A DNA stretch of 45,669 nucleotides from Choristocarpus tenellus KU-1152 (Eukaryota; Protista; Phaeophyceae): positions 1 to 45,669 of the forward strand of contig CAXNAD020000022.1 in the NCBI GenBank assembly GCA_964200185.2, read 5' to 3'. Below the pieces are notes generated by a model. The model was given only the letters and a program-made list of their open reading frames with translations, was not told the origin of the DNA and made no database searches. The position numbers and the translations under genes were made by a program. Positions 26,301 through 35,714 of the stretch are shown here, piece after piece (within the stretch, counting starts at the first letter, position 1; each line of letters opens with the position of its first letter).

Positions 26301-27834
26301 TGTGTCAACTGCACCATGTTTGTTGATTAAAAATTGTGATATACATGTACACATACCATGAAATCTTTCTCATTCTATTAAGCTAGGGATAGGGTTAGGG
26401 ATAGGGATAGGGTTTGATAGTCTCCTACCTCTCGCGGATAGCAAGGTGGAAGAGTTCTATCATCCAAGCTGATCCCTCCTCCTCCCCCTCCTCCCACATC
26501 CAGCCCAAATCCCCTGCCCCAGGATGTCGCCGCTGAACCCCTCCCACCCTTAAGACAAAGGATAAGGGTTAGGGTTAAGGTTAATAATCCTAATACAGAA
26601 AGTATAGCAAGCAGGCATAGCAAGCCTTCGCAGGTGGGGGGTCAAGGGTCACAACAACAGTCACTTCCCATTATCATTGCCAGCAAAGTGCGTTAAGGAC
26701 TTATGCATATATTCTAACCTCACAACTAATGCAGGGGAGAGGAGGCCAGGGAAGGGTGAGGGTGAGGAACTTGATCGGCAGAAAAAGTTGTTGCATTCAT
26801 GCCCTTCAAACTAGAGGCCGCTACACCCTCACAATCTTTCCCAAGCAAGTTAGCGCTAGGGTCACACAGCATCATTGCCAAGTGATCATATATGGCCCCC
26901 TTCACCTTTCAGGTGTCCAGAAACACCAAGTTTAAAATCTCAAGTATTTCTCCATTTTTAACCAATCACAACTAAACAATACCGGAAGCAGATAGAGACC
27001 AGACCCTGTTCTGTTTTTACTACCTGTTTCGTCTAGACACCACATATTTTACTGCCCACACCTTCTGCGCACATCCCATGTACGACTACGAGGCTGATGT
27101 AAGTAACACACAGAAAACAAGGTCTTTTGGAGCACTAACGTACCATTGTCGAGAGATTGATAAAAAAATGCAAACAAGGGCTGTTTTCATTAGTAAATAA
27201 AATGCCTTGATAATATGTATCAAATCATTGGTCATTGTTGTCTTTATGCGCCTATTATACTATATTACTTGAAAGCGTGTTGTCTCCATAGCTTTGGTCA
27301 CTCGATCCCCTCTGGGAGAGCAATTCTCTTCTGGGACTTGCATCTGGTAAGACTGGTGGGAGTGCATATTCCCTTGAGAGCGCAATGAGGAAAATACACA
27401 ATCTGGTGCAAATCCTTCTCCTGCGAAACATCACCCCGTGCTCATTGAGATTGTCAAGATTTGACTATTGAATTGTCTGATCCTGTCGTTCCGAATGTTG
27501 TGGGCTTGGTATGGAAGTCATGCGTGTCCTCACGTGACTAAGGAGCACAATATCGGAAGCACAGTCAGCCGTGAGATGGGGGCGATACACTTCGGGTAAA
27601 AAAACAGACGATTTTCTCTGCTTAGAACTCCCGGTGATTGACGTTGTTCAATATTATCAGGGGGGTGGATGGATGGAGATCCACCAACACAGCAGACGAT
27701 GTTTGGGGGTCACCAAACAAGAAGGTGAGCAGAGCAACGACAAGTTCGCCAAGGTTAGAAGATTGGCCATGGGTATAATGGTGTACCTTTGTGGAACGAC
27801 CAACATGAAGCCGGAACTTTGGTCGCCGAGCCAT
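1344..27834 (-). CDS. ORC3: Origin recognition complex subunit 3-like gene, multi-exon, 3'-partial (continues beyond position 1)
   Basis: Manually spliced exons with consistent phases: 27834-27787, 26548-26429, 25903-25774, 25031-24954, 22847-22751, 17869-17788, 16951-16781, 16231-16118, 14653-14528, 13535-13440, 13118-13039, 11831-11546, 10505-10434, 8701-8516, 6548-5913, 4980-4381, 1583-1344. Blocks occur in ORC3 order: ERLARTQGLWECL..LEKVKGFIE, ELVPIALVDTG, VLVLRPEACSTLEMALSSLLSQ, IREWY..PVVVLIENVE..VLTRVLSIL, FPLALVALVSVG..AFELPS..LFEALFL, MVFEHFSRPSSYLC (compare remembered human ORC3 LLEHFYSQPLSVLC). About 1050 aa so far; the C-terminal winged helix is not seen. Homology judged by eye from memory. 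Confidence 0.88.
3634..3886. mobile_element. MITE-like element (copy 2, more decayed)
   Basis: Collinear with 20429-20688 (shared GTAATTTTGGCTATCGTGTTTGTTAGGAAG and CCATGGGAAGCCAAGCCC); eroded terminal repeats. Confidence 0.85.
4381..4980 (-). CDS. ORC3: ORC3 exon 16 (Ser/Gly/Ala-rich disordered insert)
   Basis: Strong T-rich TAG acceptor, GAT|GTGAGT donor, 600 nt open, phase 0-0. Confidence 0.75.
5913..6548 (-). CDS. ORC3: ORC3 exon 15 (AAVGLADVPAKEVIALLQSL... low-complexity insert ...RALEEGWAEPQ)
   Basis: Within ORF 5832-6716; AAG acceptor, CAG|GTGAG donor, 636 nt, phase 0-0. Confidence 0.78.
7570..7753. repeat. Degenerate TAC/TAT/TGC simple-repeat tract
   Basis: TGTACTGCTACT and ACTATTATT units. 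Confidence 0.9.
8516..8701 (-). CDS. ORC3: ORC3 exon 14 (VQDATLRKHSKD...YLLAVRR)
   Basis: CTCTCTCAG acceptor, AGG|GTGAG donor, 186 nt, phase 0-0. Confidence 0.78.
9480..9775. repeat. Degenerate (GATR)n tetranucleotide tract
   Basis: GATG/GATA/GGTT 4-bp periodicity. Confidence 0.85.
10434..10505 (-). CDS. ORC3: ORC3 exon 13 (AKGMIEGALHRRASFMLALWWFSK)
   Basis: Pyrimidine tract plus TAG, AAG|GTATG donor, 72 nt, phase 0-0; too short for the ORF track. Confidence 0.8.
11546..11831 (-). CDS. ORC3: ORC3 exon 12 (YGYDGRPKAVLEYC...SPMSLEQ)
   Basis: AAG acceptor in phase 2, in frame with ORF 11495-11758; CAG|GTTTG donor in phase 0. Confidence 0.75.
11840..12020 (+). repeat. Interstitial (TTAGGG)n cluster
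   Basis: Perfect runs near 11840-11865 and 11979-12005; one of dozens in the window. Confidence 0.95.
13039..13118 (-). CDS. ORC3: ORC3 exon 11 (VDRMVFEHFSRPSSYLCMHHCPSWLK)
   Basis: TAG acceptor, AG|GTGTG donor, phase 0-2; EHF..P.S.LC ORC3 motif. Confidence 0.88.
13440..13535 (-). CDS. ORC3: ORC3 exon 10 (GKLPLMPGPGTLDWLTRAFSNSHHSLQTLVRH)
   Basis: CAG acceptor, CAT|GTGAG donor, 96 nt, phase 0-0. Confidence 0.85.
14528..14653 (-). CDS. ORC3: ORC3 exon 9 (VGVGFPRDRLSP...LFEALFLQ), ends at a GC donor
   Basis: CAG acceptor; CAG|GCAAGT is the nearby donor that gives the phase 0 required by the next exon. Confidence 0.85.
16118..16231 (-). CDS. ORC3: ORC3 exon 8 (VLTRVLSILVQ...FPLALVALVS)
   Basis: CAG acceptor, TCA|GTAAGT donor, 114 nt, phase 0-0. 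Confidence 0.88.
16781..16951 (-). CDS. ORC3: ORC3 exon 7 (CLDFGG...IREWY...PVVVLIENVEGVPKQ), degenerate Walker-B-like strand
   Basis: Strong pyrimidine tract plus CAG, CAG|GTGAG donor, 171 nt, phase 0-0. Confidence 0.9.
17278..17451. repeat. (TAG)n microsatellite with TAA/CAG variants
   Basis: Directly visible. Confidence 0.98.
17788..17869 (-). CDS. ORC3: ORC3 exon 6 (ADDKVVLVLRPEACSTLEMALSSLLSQ)
   Basis: CAG acceptor, CAG|GTGTG donor, phase 2-0. Confidence 0.85.
18695..18880. repeat. Minisatellite, about 37-42 bp unit, 5 copies
   Basis: TTGGAAACTTTCAATCAA core repeated. Confidence 0.95.
19826..20002 (+). repeat. Dispersed repeat of about 175 bp, copy A
   Basis: Closely matches the reverse complement of 26928-27102. 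Confidence 0.9.
20190..20400 (+). pseudogene. Possible LINE C-terminal relic
   Basis: Broken frames QPEDVW / CFKAFQKEG..GVGSEW..SWH loosely match the same LINE tail. Confidence 0.3.
20429..20688. mobile_element. MITE-like element with 15-bp terminal inverted repeats (copy 1)
   Basis: AAAGTATCTTAGAGG...CCTCTAAGATACTTT, internal hairpin CCTACTCC..GGAGTAGG; homologous copy at 3634-3886. Confidence 0.85.
20954..21110. repeat. Minisatellite, about 30-31 bp unit, about 5 copies
   Basis: AGTTGGTGGTAAACAGGAATTTTCT-like units. Confidence 0.9.
22751..22847 (-). CDS. ORC3: ORC3 exon 5 (GLHLDDRRKAARLVRKGL...)
   Basis: CAG acceptor, CG|GTGAG donor, phase 1-2, bridging exons 4 and 6 in frame. Confidence 0.8.
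22793..23495. repeat. Tandem duplication including part of ORC3 exon 5, with a 49-bp minisatellite
   Basis: 22793-23035 is repeated from 23053; the TGTCTTCAGCTACATT unit occurs at 22883, 22933, 23141, 23190, 23239, 23288, 23337, 23386. Confidence 0.95.
24954..25031 (-). CDS. ORC3: ORC3 exon 4 (GWPYSRGG...ELVPIALVDT)
   Basis: Polypyrimidine tract plus CAG acceptor, G|GTGAG donor, phase 1-1; IPTA-like motif. Confidence 0.85.
25774..25903 (-). CDS. ORC3: ORC3 exon 3 (AKKERLARTQGLWECL...KGFIE)
   Basis: AAG| acceptor, G|GTATG donor, phase 0-1; resembles ORC3 N-terminal helices. Confidence 0.85.
25915..26255 (+). repeat. Degenerate telomere-like hexamer tract (GGTTAG variants)
   Basis: About 340 bp of 6-bp periodic G-rich sequence. 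Confidence 0.85.
26429..26548 (-). CDS. ORC3: ORC3 exon 2 (GGRGSAATSW...LPPCYPRE)
   Basis: TAAG| acceptor, GAG|GTAGG donor, 120 nt, phase 0-0. Confidence 0.7.
26928..27102 (-). repeat. Dispersed repeat of about 175 bp, copy B (inverted relative to A)
   Basis: Reverse complement of 19826-20002; retains CpGs. Confidence 0.9.
27430..27730 (+). pseudogene. Possible heavily decayed LINE reverse transcriptase fragment
   Basis: TISEAQSAVRWGRYTS (compare I.E.Q.GFR.GRST) and VIDVVQYYQGG (compare MI.VIRQFHDG); stops and deletions. Confidence 0.3.
27787..27834 (-). CDS. ORC3: ORC3 putative first coding exon (MARRPKFRLHVGRSTK)
   Basis: ATG at 27834 and AAG|GTACAC donor in phase 0, matching the next exon. 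An upstream acceptor near 27879 and donor near 28001 may define a 5' intron, so the true start is uncertain. Confidence 0.55.
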
Positions 27835-28673
27835 GAGTGTCTTTGCCTGCCAAACTCCTCCCTCGCCCCGGTCCTTGCCTATGACAGCACACACGTAGTC
27901 ACTTGGTTGATCTTAAATTCTAAGGGAAACACAGGGGAAAAAGAGAAAATCGCTGCACAGGAACCTAGCAAGGTCTTTACTGGACCGTAGTCTGCAGTCA
28001 CCTCATCATCCCTTCCTGTTCACAACTTCCTGAACTATTAAGTGTGCAGGTCTATACTCGATTTCAAAAATACAGTTTGAACTAGGAATGGGAACGTGAA
28101 GAAAAAAGGAATTGACAGTATATTTCATTTTTTATTTTCGTTGGAGATGGTATAACCTATAAGCGATAGATTATATATTTAAATACATAATACTTTCAAC
28201 TACTTGTGTGATACTATTATGCCCTCTGACATTTTGGAGATGTATCCGGGGAAACAAATGAAAACTATATACATATGTTAGTACAAGACCTAAGGAAATA
28301 AAATATCATAAATGTGAAAACACTCTATAATACGGTCTCAACTACTTTATCGAAAAAGGAAAAAAGGGAGAACGCAAGAACAAACAAATATAAATTTCAT
28401 ACTTGTGAGATATTTTGTTTCTTACTTTTTATACTGATATGTAAATAGTTTTGATTGGTTTTCCTCCTCACACATCTCCAAAATGTCAAAGGCATAGTAA
28501 TTAAAATATATTTGATGACAAAAAGAAAAACAAGAAAAATGAAAAAGATATGTCAAGGCATAGTCAAATATAAATTGAAAGATCCAGATTTGAAGGGACA
28601 AGTCATCACCCATGACATTCCACAGGAATAATTTCAACTACTTTCTTACCTATTATACTATTTAGGATCAGAC

Positions 28674-28892
28674 CTTGATATTTTTTAAGGGTTGCCTAAC
28701 GAGTTAAACGACGATCAGCATATCGAATGAAAGCTCTTGATCGAGGATATCGATGTTTTGGAAAGGAATTATTTCGTAAAATTATTTTGGGAAGGATAAA
28801 TTCCTTTGCGTAAATCGATATTTACATCCCGAGCTTTCATTTGATATGCTGATCGTCGATTAAATGGTTTGCAACCTCTCCAAAAAATCAAG
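28674..28892. mobile_element. Palindromic foldback/MITE-like element, about 220 bp
   Basis: Arms 28709-28736 and 28831-28858 are reverse complements with one mismatch; looser symmetry extends out to CTTGAT..ATCAAG and inward. Confidence 0.8.
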
Positions 28893-28929
28893 ATTGGTCA
28901 CCACCTAAACGGTACGTGGGTAGACCTCG

Positions 28930-29190
28930 GCTTAATACTGTTTAAGAAACTCACAGGACACGATTCTGGTTTAGTGTCTTGGAGGACACTGCTTGATGCT
29001 TCCAAAGTACCACTATGAATTGAACCCGATAGAGATGGTCTGGGGGTGGCAAAGCACTATGTACGAGGCCACAGTGACTACACGTTGCTTGGAATGAGAA
29101 CCAACATTCCTGTTAGTCTTAAGAAGGAAGGCTGTCCAGAGTAATTGTGGAGTTCTTCAGGTTGAGTATTGCTTACCACTTGATATATTC
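28930..29190 (+). pseudogene. IS630/Tc1/mariner-superfamily (DDE_3-like) transposase C-terminal relic
   Basis: From 28981 it reads GGHCLMLPKYHYELNPIEMVWG, then after a 1-nt frameshift AKHYVRGHSDYTLLGMRTNIPVSL, the LPK(F/Y)HxELNPIExxW motif; stops upstream. Confidence 0.85.
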
Positions 29191-29454
29191 TAACGAGAAA
29201 GGCATGGAGTGCACCAAATTGGACAGGGTGTACAAGACATTTAAGTCTCACAGAAGGCCTGCACCTTAAAAATACCTCATTTGACTTGGCATGGATTGTC
29301 TAGTTTAGAGGCCTCGGTCCCCATGAGTGAGCCTTAGCCAGCAGGTGACAACATCACATAAACGGGAAATAATGGAAAGAGAATAGAGAGACAACAACGC
29401 CCGTGTTCTCCGGGTATTGATGACCTCCTCAGGGGTCAAAATCATCCTTCAATA

Positions 29455-29520
29455 ATGCCAGGTTCGCGCGCGCCGCGTGGCACCCCCACTCTAAACGCGC
29501 GTATGGACTACTTGATTCAA
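29455..29520. promoter_or_regulatory. Small CpG-dense patch, possible promoter or first exon
   Basis: TCGCGCGCGCCGCG...ACGCGCGT in a CpG-poor background, followed by ATG GAC TAC TTG ATT CAA|GTATGG. Confidence 0.3.
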
Positions 29521-31879
29521 GTATGGTCCTGTATTTCTCACGATTACAGCAAGTTGATCAACCGAGACTCATCGAATAAGGTTAAGCATACTGATGCGAT
29601 TACAGTAAACGAATTTTCATGAAAAAACTTGTTGATCAAAAGTTATTGTACGACAAAATCTATGGAGGAGGCGACCGCCAACACTGTATGAAGTAGTAAG
29701 TATCTTTATTTTTCCCAGTTCAGATATTTTCTGGGTGATTTAACATTGTTATGTGTTGGTCGTGGCATCTATAATTGAATTTGTCCTGCTCTAACCTTTG
29801 ATCGGAGTCGAGTGTTTCGTCGAAATAAAGCTTGATGTGACCCTTGAATCACTCCTAACATTATTAGGTTGGAGTTGGTTGTGGTGCGCACTTACCACGA
29901 AACTAGGATAGTACTCTGGAGAGGCTGACAACCTGACTTGATCACATCTTCCCAGTGGTGTTCCATCAACTTATTTTTATATTCGTTGATATCTTCTCAG
30001 TTGAGTCCAGTGGGCAAGATCGCTTGAAGGACTGCATCCCCACACGCTCTAGAAAGTTCTCCGCGACGAACAGGGAGTTCAGGTCCCTAACCTACCTGAT
30101 AGTTATATCTTGCATAGGTGTTGGGTGTCCAGATGGACTGTCAGTTGTGGATGTCACAGAGATTATGACTGAGTACAGCACGCCACTCTAATTTGTTCAC
30201 TGTCAATGCACCTAAAGCAAACTCTGAAGGATGAGGTCATCCTTAGGAAGTTGAAGATGAGCCCAAACTAGTGAAATATGCCACTCCATAAAGGAAGACA
30301 TGTACGTCGTTGTCATTCACCTCTTTTGTGATGCACGAGTTTACAGATTTGGAGAAGCTGTGTTACAGGCGAATAGTGCGAGTATTTCTTCCTGCGCTTT
30401 AACCAGCGCAAGCAGTAGAATACACATGTGGGGAACCCCAAATGGAGGAACTCCGATTTGCCAAAAAGTTGCAGAATAAATTTTAACTCGGGTAGTTGCA
30501 GAGGGTCACGGATGGATGGTCGGAAAGGGTTCTCAGACATATGCCAGTATTTGTAAACCCTAATAAACCCCAAACAGTAAATGATGATTAGAGTTCGTAA
30601 AAACGGCCCAAAGCGGCTCAGTTCTTCTGACCCAAAAGGATCCAACGTTGTCACTCTATTATCTGATACCAAACTTTACACATATTTCCTATACTGATTG
30701 ATTCATTTGAGAGTACCCCTGTTCTGCTGAGCTGCAGATCGATAATCGGGGAATTGGACTTGACTTGTACATCCTGTGGAGGTGAGCATTGAGGGCCGCC
30801 TGTAACAGCTGTTGCCAATAATATAAAGTTACACAAGTACACAAACCTACACATGCTCCCTTCTCTGAAGTACCCAGATTCCAAAGTCACCTTCTGAAGT
30901 AATCAACTTCTGGGTATCTACCCCCACAGGATTTTCCAGCGACATAACCTGTTTTCCCCTGTCCCTACCCTTCCAATTCTAATGGTCAAATGTTTCCTGT
31001 TGATGAAGCTATCGTTTAGTAGGTAGGTGTGTTGATGGAGCAGGCGTGCACAAGAGATGTGCATGAACACTGGAAGGAGGTGGTTGCCCTCTTGGAAGAG
31101 TGAGGAGGAGGAGGACGAGGAGGAGGAGGAAAGGACAGGAAGAACGGCAAAGAGTCGCTGGGAAAACAACTCCAGCTGATTGTGCATGACAAGATTGGTG
31201 ATCTCGCCTGCGCTCTTCTAGAGTCGATACCTTCAAAGATGTAGAGAGAAGTCTTTATATTATGTTGAAAGGGCTGTTGAACGTAGTAGCATGACTTCAT
31301 GGTGATTTCTTCCATATTTCACCTGAGCTGTACGCTTTGAAAAAAAATGTTCTACATTGAAAGTACAGTCCATTATGGAATAACATCTTGGCTTGATGTT
31401 GCCGTACCACTTGAATAAAGGTCATCTCCAGTGAAATACATTAGTTACAGCCTAGGGTTGCTGTCAGCACACACTTTACTGAACAAGAATGTATCATGTA
31501 CGATTTAATGAACAATAGATGCTCAGACTCCTTTGATGTGCGACAGAAGAAGGGAGGGAAGCGGGGGAGGGAGGTGATGGTTGAACTATATTTTGATTGT
31601 ATGTTGTGAGAGGAGGGGAAATTGCCTTTTGAAATGAAGGACCAGGGCGAAGTGCTAGACTTGGTGGACCGCTACTCTGGTTTCAACACTCTCGTCTCTG
31701 CTTGTTGGGGGTGTTGTTTATCCTATCCAAAACCCACACTTTGAACGCATTTTGTATTGGATCACACAGTGTCTTTCTTTCTGAACTATCATAGGAATAT
31801 TCCTGGAGGAGGAGTTTTGTCTTGCGCAAGTACTACGCTACTAATATATACATACACATATACACATAAAATATCATCA

Positions 31880-32200
31880 TAGTGTTACTACCCACATGTT
31901 GCTCTTCACGACCTAGCACAGCACAACAACAGAGGATATTTCCAACCCAATCCCAGGCAAATCTCCCTCCCATGTCTCAGACCATGAAAAACATCCCTCA
32001 GCAATGATTAACACACATCTTTGTCGCATACAATATCACCAAGGTGCTACTACACAGCAACTACTTGTGTCCCACATTGCTCTTCACCACCAAAAACAGC
32101 ACAAAAACAGAGAACACCTCCAACTTATTCCCAGGCACACCTCCTCTGATGTCTCAGAATATGGAAAAATATCCCTCTACAATGATCAGCACACATATTC
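31880..32200. repeat. Diverged tandem duplication, about 180 bp unit
   Basis: TTGCTCTTCAC..CAGCACAA..TCCCAGGCA..ATGTCTCAGA..ATCCCTC..CAATGAT..CACACAT occurs twice. Confidence 0.85.
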
Positions 32201-33957
32201 GCTCTCTTTTTCCTTCGGTCGAATAATAAATTCACTGGTAAGCATATTTGAATATTGCACTTATTTTGAACAGGAAAATAAATAACCATGAAAGGAATTA
32301 ATTGTGATGTTCTAGACTTTTCCCTGAACTTACAACAAGATTAGAGCTTCCCAAGTGAAATATGGATCGCGTGTCTTATTGATCTATCTCGGCACCCATG
32401 TCCCTTGACCGATTTCAATTGTGTTGATGATACATAAGAATTATACGACAGACGGTACATCACACTGAAAGACCAAAGCATGTCACTTGTATACATCTTT
32501 ATTAATCTGCCATGTTCTATGCTGCTGTGACGTAATTATTAACTGTCCTTGAAGATCTGTATCCCCAAATTGGACAAACAAGGTCTTACACATTCTCACG
32601 CTGCACATAAATTACCATAAGCAGCAAGAAAGTCAGATTTCAGAAACCATGTGTGTGATGCAGTATGTTTTCAAACGCCCCAAAGCCAGTCACCTTTCAA
32701 TAACATCTTGTCATCGCATTCCAAAAAGTCCGGAGTAACTTACCATTTATGAAGCACATGAATGTCACCATTCGAAAACATTTGTGGATCCCCTTTTGAA
32801 CAGTGGAAGAGCTTGAGATGCATTTGGAAATCGCTATCTTTTTATGTAAAGAACAGTTTAAATATCCCATTTTCGAAAAACCCTCTCATCAAATTGACGA
32901 CTTTTTGGAAAATTCCAAAAGATGGAAGGGGGCCTTGACACCTGTGTACAAGGAAAAAACTGATATATGTGTGCTCAGCATGGAGCGAACAACGTAAAAA
33001 TCCATTTCCCAACAACACCTTCCCTGCGGGAGGCTTTGAGGCCTATGAATCCTCTTTCGCTTTCCTCATTTCAAACCTTGGGAAGGCATTGTTGCTACTA
33101 TTCCCACAGAGCTTAACACAATACTATGTAAAATAAAAATGTGTGATATGAACCTATAGCGGTAACTCTACCAGCATCAAGATGAAGACGACAAAACCAT
33201 ACAATTCAGACGATGCGCCTGGTACTATTTCTTGCCCACACAGCAAAGCTACAATAAGTTAACCCCTAACAACATCTACCTCCCTCCTCTCTACACAACT
33301 GAGCCAGACACCAGACACAAGGTATGATACTTCTCATATTTCTTCTTTAGAGAGTGCATCAAAACCCAATCAACAAAATAAGCAAGAAAAACATGTGGCC
33401 CTAATCCTAGCCCTGAGCAGAAAACAAAATGAAAAAACCAACAAAATACCACAAGGGAATTTTTTTCTGTCCCAAGGAGGGTTTATCCACAAAAAAAAGA
33501 AACGTGTGTATGAAAGGGGAAGACAGTTCAATGTTCAACATGAAGATAACCTCCAGGTATGTGTCATATTTTATCTAATAAAAACTCATCACAAACAATA
33601 CCTCTAACAAAAAACAGCCCATAGTTGCGTCCAACAGCAATCAGCCGAAATGTGTTTGTGGTGTCTACCACAAGCCAGAAGAAAGCGTAAAGTTGACAAC
33701 AAGCCAGAAAATAAGTATTCAGCGTAAGTATTCAACACACCCTTCACACCACCGCAACTCTACTACCAAAACTGTAACCCCAACCCCACAAAAATCTACT
33801 GATTTAGCTAATATACAAAAGCCTAATATCTTCCATCCTCAACCCCCCCCAAAATATTAAGCAGAGAAGGTTTTGAAATTTCCCTTACCTCTCATACATC
33901 TTAGAAGACACATGTGACCACAAACACTCACTATGTGGCCATTTCTATGCATCCACC

Positions 33958-35714
33958 TTATTCCAAGTTGTATTCTTCATCACTGGAGCTAGAGCCAAAG
34001 CTGGTGCTGAAACTGTCCCACCTAAAACTCCTCATGTTACCACCACCATACATATTGGGCTGGGCAACACGTTTCTTCCTCCTTGACCCTTGGCATCTGT
34101 CACCAATGTCGCCAGCACGGCTATGTGCATAATCACCAGAGTTGACACCAGGACGAACACTACAAGCACGGCCACGAGCACGGCTACCAGAGACACCAGG
34201 AGGACGACTACGAGCACGCCCACCAGAGACATCATCAGGACGACCGGCTCTCTGATAGACCGAAACAGCCCCAACACTGACATCGAAACAGACATTACCA
34301 GGCGTAGACCATGAGAACACGTCTTCTCCTTTCTTCCCCGATTGTCCTACTCCAGTACTTTTGGAGCAACCATTACAGCTACCACGGCGGTCCACCCCCC
34401 TCCTCCCCAACCCTGCTTCATCCTTCAGAACATGTTGTGGGGATAGTCGGAGACGAAGCTCTGGTGCACCTGATAAGGCAGTAGCTTCAACACTGCCATC
34501 GCTATCGCTGGGGTCATTGACTGTGTAGCTTGTAATGTTTGGGTATTGGATAGTTGCAGGACACGATGAGACAACTTTCCCATTGTGTACTTGAGGGCAG
34601 AGGAGGGGAGAGAGCCGGGGGTGGCTCTGGAACTGGGTATAGCTTTTATCGTCATCGAAGCAATCACTACGACCACCTAACCCAGTGCTAAGCAAACAGG
34701 GAGCATCAATATCCTTGACTCCTTGAGAGATTGAGTTTGGACTAGAGGGTGGCTGCAACTCCAGCCCTTCCTGTTCCAATGGGGCAACATCATGGTCCAG
34801 TTCAGGCTTTCGTTTAAGGTTCAATCTCTCCTCACCATCTCTACTGGCCTCCTCACCCTCCTGCGGTGACGGCTCTGACCCTGCCCTGGATCCTCCTCCT
34901 GAAGCAGCCCCTTCCCCACAATTTACAACACCTTTGACCTTTACATCTCCTATTCCCGTCACAGAATTGCTCTCATCTTCCTCACTATTATGAGGCCCCT
35001 TCTTGCCACTTGCCCATCTTGCACCCAAAAACATTCCTTTCATCATCTGTACAATACCTCCACCACTACTGCCTCTATCATGGTCTCCAAAACCGCTGAA
35101 AACTGTTGAGGAGGCATTGCTATTCTTACCCCCTCCTTTCTTTTCCTCTCCATTGCTGCTGCTCATTCTTCCCAAACCGGAAGCATCAGCAACATGTACT
35201 GGTTCAACTGCACTGCCAGAACAAGAGCAAGAGGGATGCCTCTCACCAAATACAGTATCTGAGGACAAGGGGGATGTATCCTCTGGTCTCTTTTTCTCAT
35301 CACCAGATTGGCAGGAGCAATTGCTCTTGGTGTTCATCATTTGCATCCCCTTTATATCTACACCGCCAGTGATGGCCAACAATGGCTCTGCCTTGTCCTT
35401 TGAAGGATTTCTCTTCTCAAAACTGTTGCAGTCATCCAGGTTCTTGGTGCAAGGAGATGTTGCTGATGATGAAGATACGATTTTTTGTAGGAAAACCACG
35501 GCATGTTCCATACCAATTCCCGGGGGACCCTTGCTGCTAAATGCCCATTCCTTAATGCTGAGGGCTGGCACTGCATTCTTGTCAGCAAGAGCAACGTCCT
35601 TATCCTTGCTGTTGGTCAGTGCCAAGTCTTTGCCTTCTGTAGAGGTCAACTTCTCGCCCTGAATATTAGGTTCCTCTTTCTTCATAGTTGAACCCTTACT
35701 GCTCTGGCTGATGA
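33958..35714 (-). CDS. Bactofilin-domain gene exon D (about 585 aa low-complexity tail)
   Basis: Longest ORF in the window; a phase-1 acceptor TACAG|TC puts it in frame with exon C; ends at TAA 33960-33958. Confidence 0.75.

Noticed and set aside
30002-30120. Frame readable only if TAG were a sense codon (alternative genetic code)
   Set aside because: All confident exons of both genes are open under the standard code with no in-frame TAG or TAA.
35003-35662. 219-aa plus-strand ORF (also 4424-4984, 6310-6705, 39283-39633)
   Set aside because: Antisense shadows of real minus-strand exons.
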